DNA from: a bacterium
GTDB taxonomy: Bacteria > Patescibacteriota > Saccharimonadia > UBA4664 > JBBRNT01
DNA length: 64,000 nt
Reading direction: 5' to 3'
Assembly: GCA_043767845.1 (NCBI GenBank)
Contig: JAYUFZ010000010.1
Location: forward strand, 7,182-71,181
The notes beneath the pieces were generated by a model. That model did not search any database, was not told the origin of the DNA, and saw only the letters and a program-made list of their open reading frames with translations. Shown here piece after piece: positions 56,097-64,000 of the stretch (position 1 is its first letter; every line of letters begins with the position of its first letter). The position numbers and the translations under genes were made by a program.

Positions 56097-57674
56097 TTAT
56101 TTGCCCTCCACGACGCGGTAGACTTCGATGGTGGTGGTTATCCCAGCCAAGGCCTTAACTAGCCCACCTTGCAACAGGCTGATCATGCCTTCTTTCTCGG
56201 CCAGTTCCTGGACGGCGTGGCTGGTGGACATAGCAATGCCGCCCGATATGAGGCTTTCCATAGCCGGGGTCATGGGTAGCTGCTCTACGATTGCCACCCG
56301 GCCTTTGTAGCCATAGCCATTGCAACTCTCGCAGCCTTTACCGCGGTATAAGGTTATTTTTTCAGTCGGCTTATAGAGTTCTGCTGGGAGGTTTTTGAGC
56401 TCGGCCTTAATCTCTTTTGCCTCATCAATAGTCGGTTCATAGCTTTCTTTGCAGTCCTCGCAGATTTTGCGAACCAGGCGCTGAGCCTGGATGAGTCGGA
56501 CAGCAGAGGCCATAATCGGGTTTTGGCCGATCATGTCCATGAGGCGGGCGATGGCGGCCACAGCCGAGCTAGCATGGAAGGTCGAGAGTACGAGGTGGCC
56601 GGTGAGGGCGGCTTGCAAGGCGGTTTTAGCTGTATCGACATCGCGGATTTCACCAATCATGACAATGTTGGGGTCCTGGCGGACAACGGCCCGCAGCTTC
56701 TCAGCGAACAATTCGTTCTTATCGCTACGCACAGGAATTTGGCTGGTGTCGGGTAAGTCGTACTCTACTGGGTCTTCCAGGGTGACGATTTTGATTTCCG
56801 GGGAGTTAGCCTTGTTGATCATGGAGTAGAGCATAGAGGTTTTACCAGAGCCAGTGGGGCCGACGGCTAGCACCATGCCGTGCGGGCGAGCAATAATGTC
56901 GTCGATGGCCACGCGCTGGGGCGATGTCAGCTGCATATTATCTAGATTAAGGTAGGTAATATCCATGCTGAGCAGGCGGACAATCAGCTCCTCGCCATGC
57001 ATTGTCGGAATAGTTTCTAGACGCATATTGATGTTAGTCTTTTTTCTGTCAGTGGCTACAAGCTCGATACTGATACGTCCACCCTGGGGCATATCCGAGC
57101 CCCACTTCATGCCAGCCATGTTCTGAAGTCCAGAAAGAATCAACTGATACTTTTCGTTGGCTAAGTTGGCTATGGGGTGGAGGGTGCCATCGATACGGAA
57201 GCGGATGCGGGCTTCCTTGGCTTTGGGTTCGATATGGATGTCTGAGGCGTCGAGCTGGTAGGCGAGCTGGCTAATAAGCCGGAAAGCATCGTCTTTGTGG
57301 GCGGTCAGTAGGCGATCGGCAAAGGCCTTATAGCCGTTACCAGTGGCCATTTCCAAACTAGAAACGTCGATCTTGGAGAATAGCTCATCGAAGCCGGACT
57401 CAGTAATGACGTAGAAATTGCAGGTTTTGCCTGGGAACTTTTGGGTAAAGAGAGCAAGGCGCGACCTATCGGTCTTGTCGGTGTAGCCGAAGTCGATACG
57501 GCCGGGGGCAATGGCCAGGGGGATGATATGAAAAGTGGCGATGTCGCTATTGCTCGATATACCGGAGATAGCCGTTATATCGTTGATAAGCCGAGTGTCG
57601 ACGTAGTAGGTCTTATTTGACTCTGCCCAGGCCTGCGCCTTCTTTTCTTCGTCTTGTCTGGCCTGAGTATTCAT
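56097..57674 (-). CDS. pilB: Type IV pilus assembly ATPase PilB (GspE family)
   Basis: Walker A VGPTGSGKTSMLYSMIN; GspE signature; C-terminal CxxC...CxxC; start placed at MNTQAR (57674) because the longer ORF would run into the upstream terminator. Confidence 0.85.
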   Translation of the reverse strand: MNTQARQDEEKKAQAWAESNKTYYVDTRLINDITAISGISSNSDIATFHIIPLAIAPGRIDFGYTDKTDRSRLALFTQKFPGKTCNFYVITESGFDELFSKIDVSSLEMATGNGYKAFADRLLTAHKDDAFRLISQLAYQLDASDIHIEPKAKEARIRFRIDGTLHPIANLANEKYQLILSGLQNMAGMKWGSDMPQGGRISIELVATDRKKTNINMRLETIPTMHGEELIVRLLSMDITYLNLDNMQLTSPQRVAIDDIIARPHGMVLAVGPTGSGKTSMLYSMINKANSPEIKIVTLEDPVEYDLPDTSQIPVRSDKNELFAEKLRAVVRQDPNIVMIGEIRDVDTAKTALQAALTGHLVLSTFHASSAVAAIARLMDMIGQNPIMASAVRLIQAQRLVRKICEDCKESYEPTIDEAKEIKAELKNLPAELYKPTEKITLYRGKGCESCNGYGYKGRVAIVEQLPMTPAMESLISGGIAMSTSHAVQELAEKEGMISLLQGGLVKALAGITTTIEVYRVVEGK

Positions 57675-57734
57675 ACAACTACTATAGCATGAGCAGTATG
57701 CCAACCAAAGCCTGCTGGGCCTGTTGCGCAACTA

Positions 57735-57775
57735 AAAAGCCCCGTCTGGCAGTTGCCGGAGCGGGAGCTTTTTAG
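57735..57775 (-). terminator. Probable terminator between the repeat-protein gene and pilB
   Basis: aaaaagccccg...cgggagcttttt; imperfect GC stem flanked by A/T runs. Confidence 0.4.
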
Positions 57776-57790
57776 AGGGCTAGAAGGGGA

Positions 57791-58639
57791 CTAGTTGGAG
57801 ACTGAGACACCTGAGCTAGTACCATTGTTGTTTCCAGCGTTGCCAGTTGTTGCTGAGCCAGCGTTGGTGTTGCCTGAGACATTTGCGTTACCGCTGACAG
57901 CAGACTGGCTGTTGACGTTGGTGACACCAACTTCGTTCACGTTTTGTGCGAAGAAGTTGTTGTTGTTCGAGACGTTGACCTGGTTGGTCGAGCTTGGGCC
58001 AGTCGTGCCGACGCTGATTGTCGAATCGGCTGGATTGGCGATTGGGGCTACAAGTCCGCTACCGTTTGCGACGTTGACTGATGTGTTGGTAGTATTGTTG
58101 TTGCCGGCTGCGCCAGTTGTTGCTGAACCACCGTTGGTGTTGCCTGAGACATTTGCCGAACCGCTAGCTGCCTGTTGCTCGCTTTGGTTCTGGACTTGAA
58201 CTTGGTTCAAGTTCTGTGTAAACCAGTTGCTGTTTGAGCTAACGCCAACTTGGTTGATAGAGCTTGGGCCGGTTGTCCCAAGGTTGACGACAGTCATGCC
58301 GCCAGCTAGTGGTAATACTAACGCTCCGCCAGAGTTGCTGATCCCAACACCTGTGTTGGTTGAGTTGTTGTTGTTTGCTGCGCCGGTTGTAGCTGAACCA
58401 CCATTGGTGTTACCTGAAACATTACTCCAGCCGCTACCAGCTAGTTGGCCATTGAAATTAACGATTCCAACACCATTTGAATTAGACTTGGTCCAGTTCT
58501 GCGTTCCTGATACCCACACTTGATTAAGCGATCCCGGACCGGTCGTACCGACATTTATGACAGCTGCCGAGGCGCTACCAAGGCCGAGACCTATGGTTGC
58601 TACGGTCAGTGCTGCATAGCGAAGTAAAGACTTCTTCAT
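57791..58639 (-). CDS. Secreted Gly/Asn/Thr/Ser-rich protein with three roughly 90-aa tandem repeats (Sec signal MKKSLLRYAALTVATIGLGLGSASA)
   Basis: Repeats VGTTGP(S/G)S.NQV.VS...NVSGNTNGGSATTG.AGNNN.TNT; start at the ATG 58639 (ORF track starts at TTG 58675). Confidence 0.65.
   Translation of the reverse strand: MKKSLLRYAALTVATIGLGLGSASAAVINVGTTGPGSLNQVWVSGTQNWTKSNSNGVGIVNFNGQLAGSGWSNVSGNTNGGSATTGAANNNNSTNTGVGISNSGGALVLPLAGGMTVVNLGTTGPSSINQVGVSSNSNWFTQNLNQVQVQNQSEQQAASGSANVSGNTNGGSATTGAAGNNNTTNTSVNVANGSGLVAPIANPADSTISVGTTGPSSTNQVNVSNNNNFFAQNVNEVGVTNVNSQSAVSGNANVSGNTNAGSATTGNAGNNNGTSSGVSVSN
57840..58620. repeat. Three tandem DNA repeats of about 270 bp inside the CDS
   Basis: gttgctga(g/a)cca(g/c)cgttggtgttgcctgagacatttgc recurs at about 57841, 58123 and 58385. 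Confidence 0.7.
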
Positions 58640-59450
58640 TGCACCCTCCAAACTATATTTATTATTGTTCCTCAATGTCTATTCTACTATACATAAGCGC
58701 ATACCTGTCAATAACCTGTTATGTTTTTCTGTGCATAATTTGGTGTTCAGTGCCTTTTGGGGCTTTTGCGAAGCCTCTTTTTGACATAAAGTTTATTGTT
58801 GGTCAAATTGGTTTGATTTGGTAATAAATGAACATGGTCGGCCATTATATAGTAGGATCTTTTATTTGACGCGTGGGCCTCGAGGTTTTGCTTGAGCGAC
58901 TCAACTCCCTTCCATTCTCATTTCAGCCTGACGACTAGTCCGTGAGTTACTCTATAGTTCTCAATGCTTGCCAATACAGCACAGCTTCGGCTCAGGCAGC
59001 TACGAACCGGGGGAGGGGACGGCGCGTAGCTTATGCCGCTAGTGGTAGGGAAGGTATAGACGGGCCACGTAGATGGTGTTTGGGGTGCTCTGGTGGTTGC
59101 TCATAGTATGTTGCGCAGCAATGTTGAGAAGCGCCAGTGTGGGTCTGTGTGGCACGTCCTACTGGCCACCAAGGACCTATGACTGCTGCAGATCTATAAC
59201 TTGCTGGGCCATCTCGACATGGGATGGGAACCGGTAGGGCAGTCATACACCTATTATTCTTATGCTCCAGATGGTGATAATCCCGGAATCAAAATAACGG
59301 CCTTGTTAAGCCGTTATTTTGAGTGGAAAGGTTGTTTTTTTGTTTTGAGCACTTAATTTACTCAGTGCTAATATACACTTTAAAGCATTAGAAATACGGG
59401 TGTCAACACAATTTTTAGAATAGTGCTTATGCTACTCTGTTGGCAAAATT

Positions 59451-59891
59451 TTAACGGGCAAAGCGGCGGGCGATATCGCGGGTAACTTCACGCTCTTTAA
59501 TACTAGCCCGTTTATCAAAACGCTTTTTGCCGCGGCCAATGCCGAGTTCTACTTTGACCAAATTGCGGCCAAGTAAAACTGCCAATGGGATGACTGATAG
59601 GCCGGCTTGCTTATCGCCAGTCAGCCGGTCGATTTCTTTGCGCTTCATTAATAACTTGCGACTGCGGGTGGGGTTGGGTTGCGACTCTTTGGTAGCATAG
59701 GCGTAGTCGGTGACGTGGGCATTAGTTAAAAAGGCCTCGCCACCACGGAAGGCCACAAAGCTGCCCTTGAGGCTAATGTGCCCGGCCTTGATGCTTTTGA
59801 CCTCAGCACCGGTTAATTCCAATCCGGATACCAGCTTCTCGGTAATGTCGTAATCGAAGCGGCCACGCTTGTTGCTAGCTAATACTTTCAT
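59451..59891 (-). CDS. smpB: SsrA-binding protein SmpB
   Basis: MKVLASNKRGRFDYDITEKLVSGLELTGAEVKSIKAGHISLKGSFV; start at the internal Met (ORF track 59990). Confidence 0.85.
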   Translation of the reverse strand: MKVLASNKRGRFDYDITEKLVSGLELTGAEVKSIKAGHISLKGSFVAFRGGEAFLTNAHVTDYAYATKESQPNPTRSRKLLMKRKEIDRLTGDKQAGLSVIPLAVLLGRNLVKVELGIGRGKKRFDKRASIKEREVTRDIARRFAR

Positions 59892-59961
59892 AGAGCTATT
59901 ATACAGCCTCCCGTCGTTCAGGTATAATGAGGCTAATATATAGGTATCGAAAGTAGCTACT

Positions 59962-61572
59962 ATGAAATTGGTCGAATTACAGATGATCATCGAGAGCGCC
60001 GCCCTGGCAGCCTTTGATTTGCCCGAGATACCTGCCTTTGAGGCCAGCTACGTAAACAGTGAATTTGGAGACTTCAGCACCAATATCAGCTTTAAGTTGG
60101 CGGGATTATTAAAAATGTCGCCAAAGCAGATAGCGCAGAAGCTTGTCCATGAGTTAAGCGATGAGCGTCTGAGCAAGGTCGAGGTGGCGGGGGCTGGCTA
60201 TATTAATATGACAGCTAGCGACCAGGTCTGGAAAGACCTGCTCAAGTCCGTGAACAAAGACTTTGGTTCCAGTAAGTACGGGGCCGGTCAGAAGGTCCAG
60301 GTAGAGTTCATATCCGCCAACCCGACCGGTCCGACTACCTTTGGCAATGCCCGTGGTGGCTTTATTGGCGACACAGTTGCCAGGGTATTGCGCAGCCAGG
60401 GCTACGATGTGACGAGCGAATACTATTTCAATGATGCCGGCACTCAGATCTCAAAGCTAGTCGAGTCGGTCAAGGTTGCTGCCGGGCTGATAGAGGCTGA
60501 AGATGTGCAGTATAAGGGACAATATATCGAAGAATTAGCAGAGGAATTCAAGGCTGAGCTCAAAGACGCGACTGACCAGCAAGCGGCCACTATCCTAACG
60601 ACAGCGATCGTCAAGCGCTATATAGAGCCAGCAATCGGGAAAATGAACGTTCATTTTGATATTTGGTTTAACGAAAAAAGTCTTGGGCCAGATGGCAAGG
60701 TAAAGGCTGCTTTTGCGGCACTCGAGGCAAAAGACCTTATATATGAGTCGGATGGTGCTCAGTGGCTAGCTTCCAGCAAGCTTGGCGATGAGCGTGACCG
60801 GGTGTTGGTAAAATCGAGCGGCGATCTGACATATCTGGCCAATGATATCGCTTACCACCTTGATATCTTTACTGGCCGTGGTTTTGACCGTGCTATCAAA
60901 GACTGGGGCGCAGATCACGTCGGCCAGGTGCCGTCTTTGTCGCTTGTTATGAAGGCTTTGGTCCCGGATGCGGAACTCGACTTTATTCTTCACCAGTGGG
61001 TCAGACTCATGAAGGACGGCCATGAAGTTAAGATGAGTAAGCGGGCTGGCAGCTATGTGACTGTTGAGGAAGTGGTAGATATAGTCGGGAGCGACGTGGC
61101 CCGGTTCTTCTTTCTGATGCGCAGTGCCGATAGCCAGCTTGACTTCGACCTAGGCTTAGCCGAGGAGCAATCCCAGAATAACCCACTCTACTATGTAATG
61201 TATGCCTACGTTCGGGCCAAATCGATACTCGGGAAGGCTAAGCTAGCCGGGCTGCAGCCTTTGGTTGGTGAGTCGCTAGCGCTTGGGCATGAGCAAAGGG
61301 AAGTTGTTAAACTGATGGCCCGCTGGCCGGAGCTGCTGGGCGAACTGTCAAACAGTTATACTGTTCACAAGTTGACTCATTATGGCATTGAAGTAGCTAC
61401 GGCCTTCCAGAAGTATTATGAGGCTGGCCAAATCTTAACCTTGCCAAAGGCCGAAGCCTCAAATCAACTCTACTTCCTAGTAAAGTATTGTGAATTTATG
61501 GACAGCTATTGGTCGGTCTTGGGTATCCAGCCGCAGGAAAAGATGATTCGCGAGCAGCCCTTAGAAAGTTAG
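59962..61572 (+). CDS. argS: Arginyl-tRNA synthetase
   Basis: SANPTGPTTFGNARGG (HIGH-region equivalent), KMSKRAG (KMSKS), DALR-type C-terminal domain; -10 TATAAT at 59923-59928. Confidence 0.9.
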   Translation: MKLVELQMIIESAALAAFDLPEIPAFEASYVNSEFGDFSTNISFKLAGLLKMSPKQIAQKLVHELSDERLSKVEVAGAGYINMTASDQVWKDLLKSVNKDFGSSKYGAGQKVQVEFISANPTGPTTFGNARGGFIGDTVARVLRSQGYDVTSEYYFNDAGTQISKLVESVKVAAGLIEAEDVQYKGQYIEELAEEFKAELKDATDQQAATILTTAIVKRYIEPAIGKMNVHFDIWFNEKSLGPDGKVKAAFAALEAKDLIYESDGAQWLASSKLGDERDRVLVKSSGDLTYLANDIAYHLDIFTGRGFDRAIKDWGADHVGQVPSLSLVMKALVPDAELDFILHQWVRLMKDGHEVKMSKRAGSYVTVEEVVDIVGSDVARFFFLMRSADSQLDFDLGLAEEQSQNNPLYYVMYAYVRAKSILGKAKLAGLQPLVGESLALGHEQREVVKLMARWPELLGELSNSYTVHKLTHYGIEVATAFQKYYEAGQILTLPKAEASNQLYFLVKYCEFMDSYWSVLGIQPQEKMIREQPLES

Positions 61573-63645
61573 AGCGGCCTTGTAGAGCTTGCCGTCGGCT
61601 AGAATATAGAGCAGGCTATTTTTCGAGTCGGGTGCGGTATCGAGAACTGTTTGCAGGCCGTCGAATTGGTACTGCTTTTTATATACCAAAGCATCGTTCT
61701 CTAAGCTCAGCAACCCAACCCGCCCAGTAGTTTGGTCTGTCATTAAGAATAGGCTGCCGTCGGCAAAGGACCGCATACTCGATGGGTGAGTTATCTCGGA
61801 TGGTAGCTGGCTATTACTCTGTTTAAGTATGCCAGCAACATAGCGCCGTAGCCCATCTGATCCGCTGGCGATAATCGCTCCATCAACGGCAATGGCTGTC
61901 GTGCCCTTCAGGCTATCAAGTTCGGCTGTGCCTAGGTAATTTGATCGGCCATTGAAGCCGCTCAGCGTTCGTCCGAACTTATAGATTTGGCTGCTATCAT
62001 CGGCTAGTAGGTAGAGATTACTATTGTAGCTGGCAATCGAGCGGCCTTTTGGCCAATCACCCAGTGCTAGGAATTGCTCGGTCAGGCTGTCGTCTTCGAA
62101 GCGATAGAACCACAGGCTTGGCTTGCTGGTGAGCAGGAAAAGACCATCACCGAGACCCGAGGTGGTCATCGAAACGACTGGTGGGATGGCTTTATTGCCA
62201 GCACCTGCCTTGAGCTTACCGGCTGCTAGATCATAGATATAGATGCTTGTCGCGCGATTATCATAAAAGTAGGCTTTGCCAGCAACCAATTCAAAATAAT
62301 TCGGTGCCGCGCCGGTCAGCGCGCTGAAATTGGTTACCAGGGTTGTCTTGGATTTCGTAAGGCCATCGACTAGGTCGATCTTGCTATCAATGAGCGCGGC
62401 GAGGCCAGCTAGGGAAGCTGGATCGTATTCGGCATGGCTTGATTTTTTTAGGAGCAGATCGAGTTTTGGAGCGAGTGGCTCACCCCGCAGGGTAGTAATC
62501 TGCTGCTTGGCAACCTTCAAGGTTTTGCGGGCGCCAACCTGGTCATTATGAGTCATCTGCTTTTCGGCCTGTTGCTCACTCTCCAGGGTAGTAAGATAGC
62601 GGGACTTGAGCCGGTTGAGGCTCTGGGTTTGTAAGCGCATATAATTCAAGTAGAAGACTCCGAGGATGATTGTGAAGGCGCCTATTAAAAGGTATTTGTG
62701 GTGCTTGCGATTGCCAAGCCAGCCTCGTAGTGAGCTGACTATCTTGATGAGTCCTCGCTTGAGCAGGGGTAGTACACGGTCTTTGAAGAAGCGGCCAAAA
62801 CGGACCAATAGTCGGCCGGTAAACCCGGCAGCGGCTTCTGCGGCTGGGGCGGCGGCAATTTTGGCGGCTTCCAGTGGGCTTGATGGGGCTCCAAGTTCAA
62901 CCTCATTACTCTCAGTCGAAAGGGTGTGAAGCGAAGCGAGCTCGGGGGTGGTCACCTCTACAACTAACATCGCGACCCGCTCGGCTTGGTTACTGCCGCT
63001 AAGCCGCTCATGGATCTTGTGGATTGCGCCGTTTGGTGAGCTATCGTGTACGTAGTTCTTTAGTTCGGCTACCGAAAGGTGGTGCAGCAAGGCCGGAGTG
63101 GCAAATACCAGCTTATCTGAGGCCTGGAGTTGGCCATTGGCAATACTTGGGAAGGTCTGGTCTGAACTCTTCTCGCTGGCCGAGGGGCTATGGCTTAATC
63201 GTGTCGTCCGGCTTGCTCGGTAGAGATTAATTTCAACCGACCCTGCCTGGCTAATCTGCAATTCACCCTCACAGATAACAGCTATGACGGCGCTCAATTT
63301 CCCGACCCAACTCGAGTGCCCGCTGGCTAAATACTTGGTCAGTTGGGTGTTGACTGCCTTGATAGCTGCTTCAAAGCGTTGGAGATGAGCAGGCTCCTTG
63401 CTATCTGTGGGGGTCGGAAGTGCCTGGTTGTAGTAGCTATGGCCGGCAGTTTGGATGATGAGGTCGCTAACTTCATGGGCCTGCTTGGAAGTGCCGAGTA
63501 CCTCGAGTACCACAAAGAGCGATCCAAAGTTCTGATCGCCTATGACTTCTGGCTCAAACATGAAAGCGGTAGCAATGCCAGAAAGTGCCTTGGGACGCTT
63601 ACTGTAGGGCACCAACTTTGCTACGCGCGTGATAAGCTCTGACAC
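61561..63645 (-). CDS. Large single-pass membrane protein; the N-terminal cytoplasmic domain has weak PP2C-like features and the C-terminal extracytoplasmic domain is uncharacterised
   Basis: TM HHKYLLIGAFTIILGVFYLNYM; N-terminal ISQAGSVEINLYR / ERVAMLVVEV reminiscent of PP2C motifs 8/11, but no clear metal-binding Asp/Gly motifs. Confidence 0.4.
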   Translation of the reverse strand: MSELITRVAKLVPYSKRPKALSGIATAFMFEPEVIGDQNFGSLFVVLEVLGTSKQAHEVSDLIIQTAGHSYYNQALPTPTDSKEPAHLQRFEAAIKAVNTQLTKYLASGHSSWVGKLSAVIAVICEGELQISQAGSVEINLYRASRTTRLSHSPSASEKSSDQTFPSIANGQLQASDKLVFATPALLHHLSVAELKNYVHDSSPNGAIHKIHERLSGSNQAERVAMLVVEVTTPELASLHTLSTESNEVELGAPSSPLEAAKIAAAPAAEAAAGFTGRLLVRFGRFFKDRVLPLLKRGLIKIVSSLRGWLGNRKHHKYLLIGAFTIILGVFYLNYMRLQTQSLNRLKSRYLTTLESEQQAEKQMTHNDQVGARKTLKVAKQQITTLRGEPLAPKLDLLLKKSSHAEYDPASLAGLAALIDSKIDLVDGLTKSKTTLVTNFSALTGAAPNYFELVAGKAYFYDNRATSIYIYDLAAGKLKAGAGNKAIPPVVSMTTSGLGDGLFLLTSKPSLWFYRFEDDSLTEQFLALGDWPKGRSIASYNSNLYLLADDSSQIYKFGRTLSGFNGRSNYLGTAELDSLKGTTAIAVDGAIIASGSDGLRRYVAGILKQSNSQLPSEITHPSSMRSFADGSLFLMTDQTTGRVGLLSLENDALVYKKQYQFDGLQTVLDTAPDSKNSLLYILADGKLYKAALTF

Positions 63646-63773
63646 GCCGGTTAAACCTCAACTAGTGCCATAAGCATAACATTTTTCGGTCATTCTCGGT
63701 AGTAGCCAGGCTGTTTGTTACTAATACGCGGCTCATGAATTACGAGACGCGCTGAATCTGGTATGCTAGATGT

Positions 63774-64000
63774 ATGGATATATCCGATCTTAACGCCGAG
63801 CAAAAACAGGCAGTACTGCACGACAAAGGTCCAATGCTAGTAGTTGCTGGTGCCGGTACAGGCAAAACCAATGTCATTACCCGCCGCATAGCCCATTTGA
63901 TTGGATCGGGGCGGGCTAAGCCGGAGGAGATCTTGGCACTGACTTTCACTGAAAAGGCGGCAGGGGAGATGCTCGACCGGCTCGATGGCCTTATCGGCTG
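63774..64000 (+). CDS. UvrD/PcrA-family DNA helicase, N-terminal fragment (runs off the window end)
   Basis: [44 protein letters not shown] (Q-motif + Walker A). Confidence 0.8.
   Translation, partial: MDISDLNAEQKQAVLHDKGPMLVVAGAGTGKTNVITRRIAHLIGSGRAKPEEILALTFTEKAAGEMLDRLDGLIG

Noticed and set aside
56097-57731. Longer pilB start at 57731 (MRNRPSRLW...)
   Set aside because: The extension is Cys/Ser-rich non-PilB sequence and would overlap the upstream terminator hairpin. The ATG at 57674 gives a normal GspE N-terminus.
1-64000. CRISPR arrays, rRNA genes, transposases and SRP RNA
   Set aside because: No short direct-repeat/spacer array, no rRNA-like segments and no transposase or integrase ORFs were seen. 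The SRP domain IV motif (GGAAGCAGC-like) was not found in any intergenic region.

Overview
This is a dense, roughly 50% GC chromosomal segment. Most genes are translationally coupled (ATGA/TAATG/GTGA overlaps) in short operons. The gene content points to a small-genome monoderm-type bacterium, possibly Patescibacteria/Saccharibacteria-like, but the taxonomic guess is inference only. Supporting genes are a murT-gatD pair (lipid II iso-glutamine amidation), a type IV pilus ATPase (PilB), ComM, and many envelope glycosyltransferases.

Housekeeping RNA genes that can be read directly are RNase P RNA (rnpB, about 32604-33025), tmRNA (ssrA, 48460-48848) and four tRNAs: Gly-CCC at the window edge, Val-GAC, and two Pro (GGG and CGG).

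Protein genes include ribosomal proteins L25, L28, L20 and L35, and IF3 with a non-AUG start. Three aminoacyl-tRNA and Mur-type ligases are present: ThrRS, ArgRS and a MurC/Mpl-like ligase. Others are MiaA, Gmk, NrdR, a DinB-type polymerase, SmpB, prolyl oligopeptidase, FKBP, RNase HI and GalT. Envelope polysaccharide genes are numerous: a processive GT2 synthase, an MraY/WecA-family transferase, a polyprenyl-phosphate sugar transferase, GT4, a GT28 MGDG-synthase-like enzyme and a second GT2.

The most unusual items are these:
1. A five-gene minus-strand operon (28867-32375) encodes a small membrane peptide, an ABC ATPase, an ABC permease, and a fusion of a PqqD-like RiPP-recognition domain to a site-2-protease (M50)-like membrane metalloprotease. 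It looks like an uncharacterised peptide processing/export system.
2. A roughly 545-nt promoter-to-terminator non-coding region (41541-42126) is rich in UUCG/GNRA-capped hairpins. It is neither tmRNA nor RNase P RNA.
3. A Cho-like nuclease gene (DnaQ exonuclease plus GIY-YIG) is interrupted by one in-frame TAG.
4. Both tRNA-Pro genes are followed by long perfect hairpins that sequester the tRNA 3' end, plus a shared GGAA-hairpin/GTGAACTAT module.
5. An AAC(6')-Ib-like GNAT gene and an alkyltransferase-like (ATL, PWQRV) protein are present.
6. Two CdaR/PucR regulator paralogs sit in tandem with overlapping reading frames.
7. A secreted Gly/Asn/Thr-rich protein carrying three tandem repeats sits directly upstream of pilB.

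No transposase, integrase, CRISPR array or rRNA was seen.
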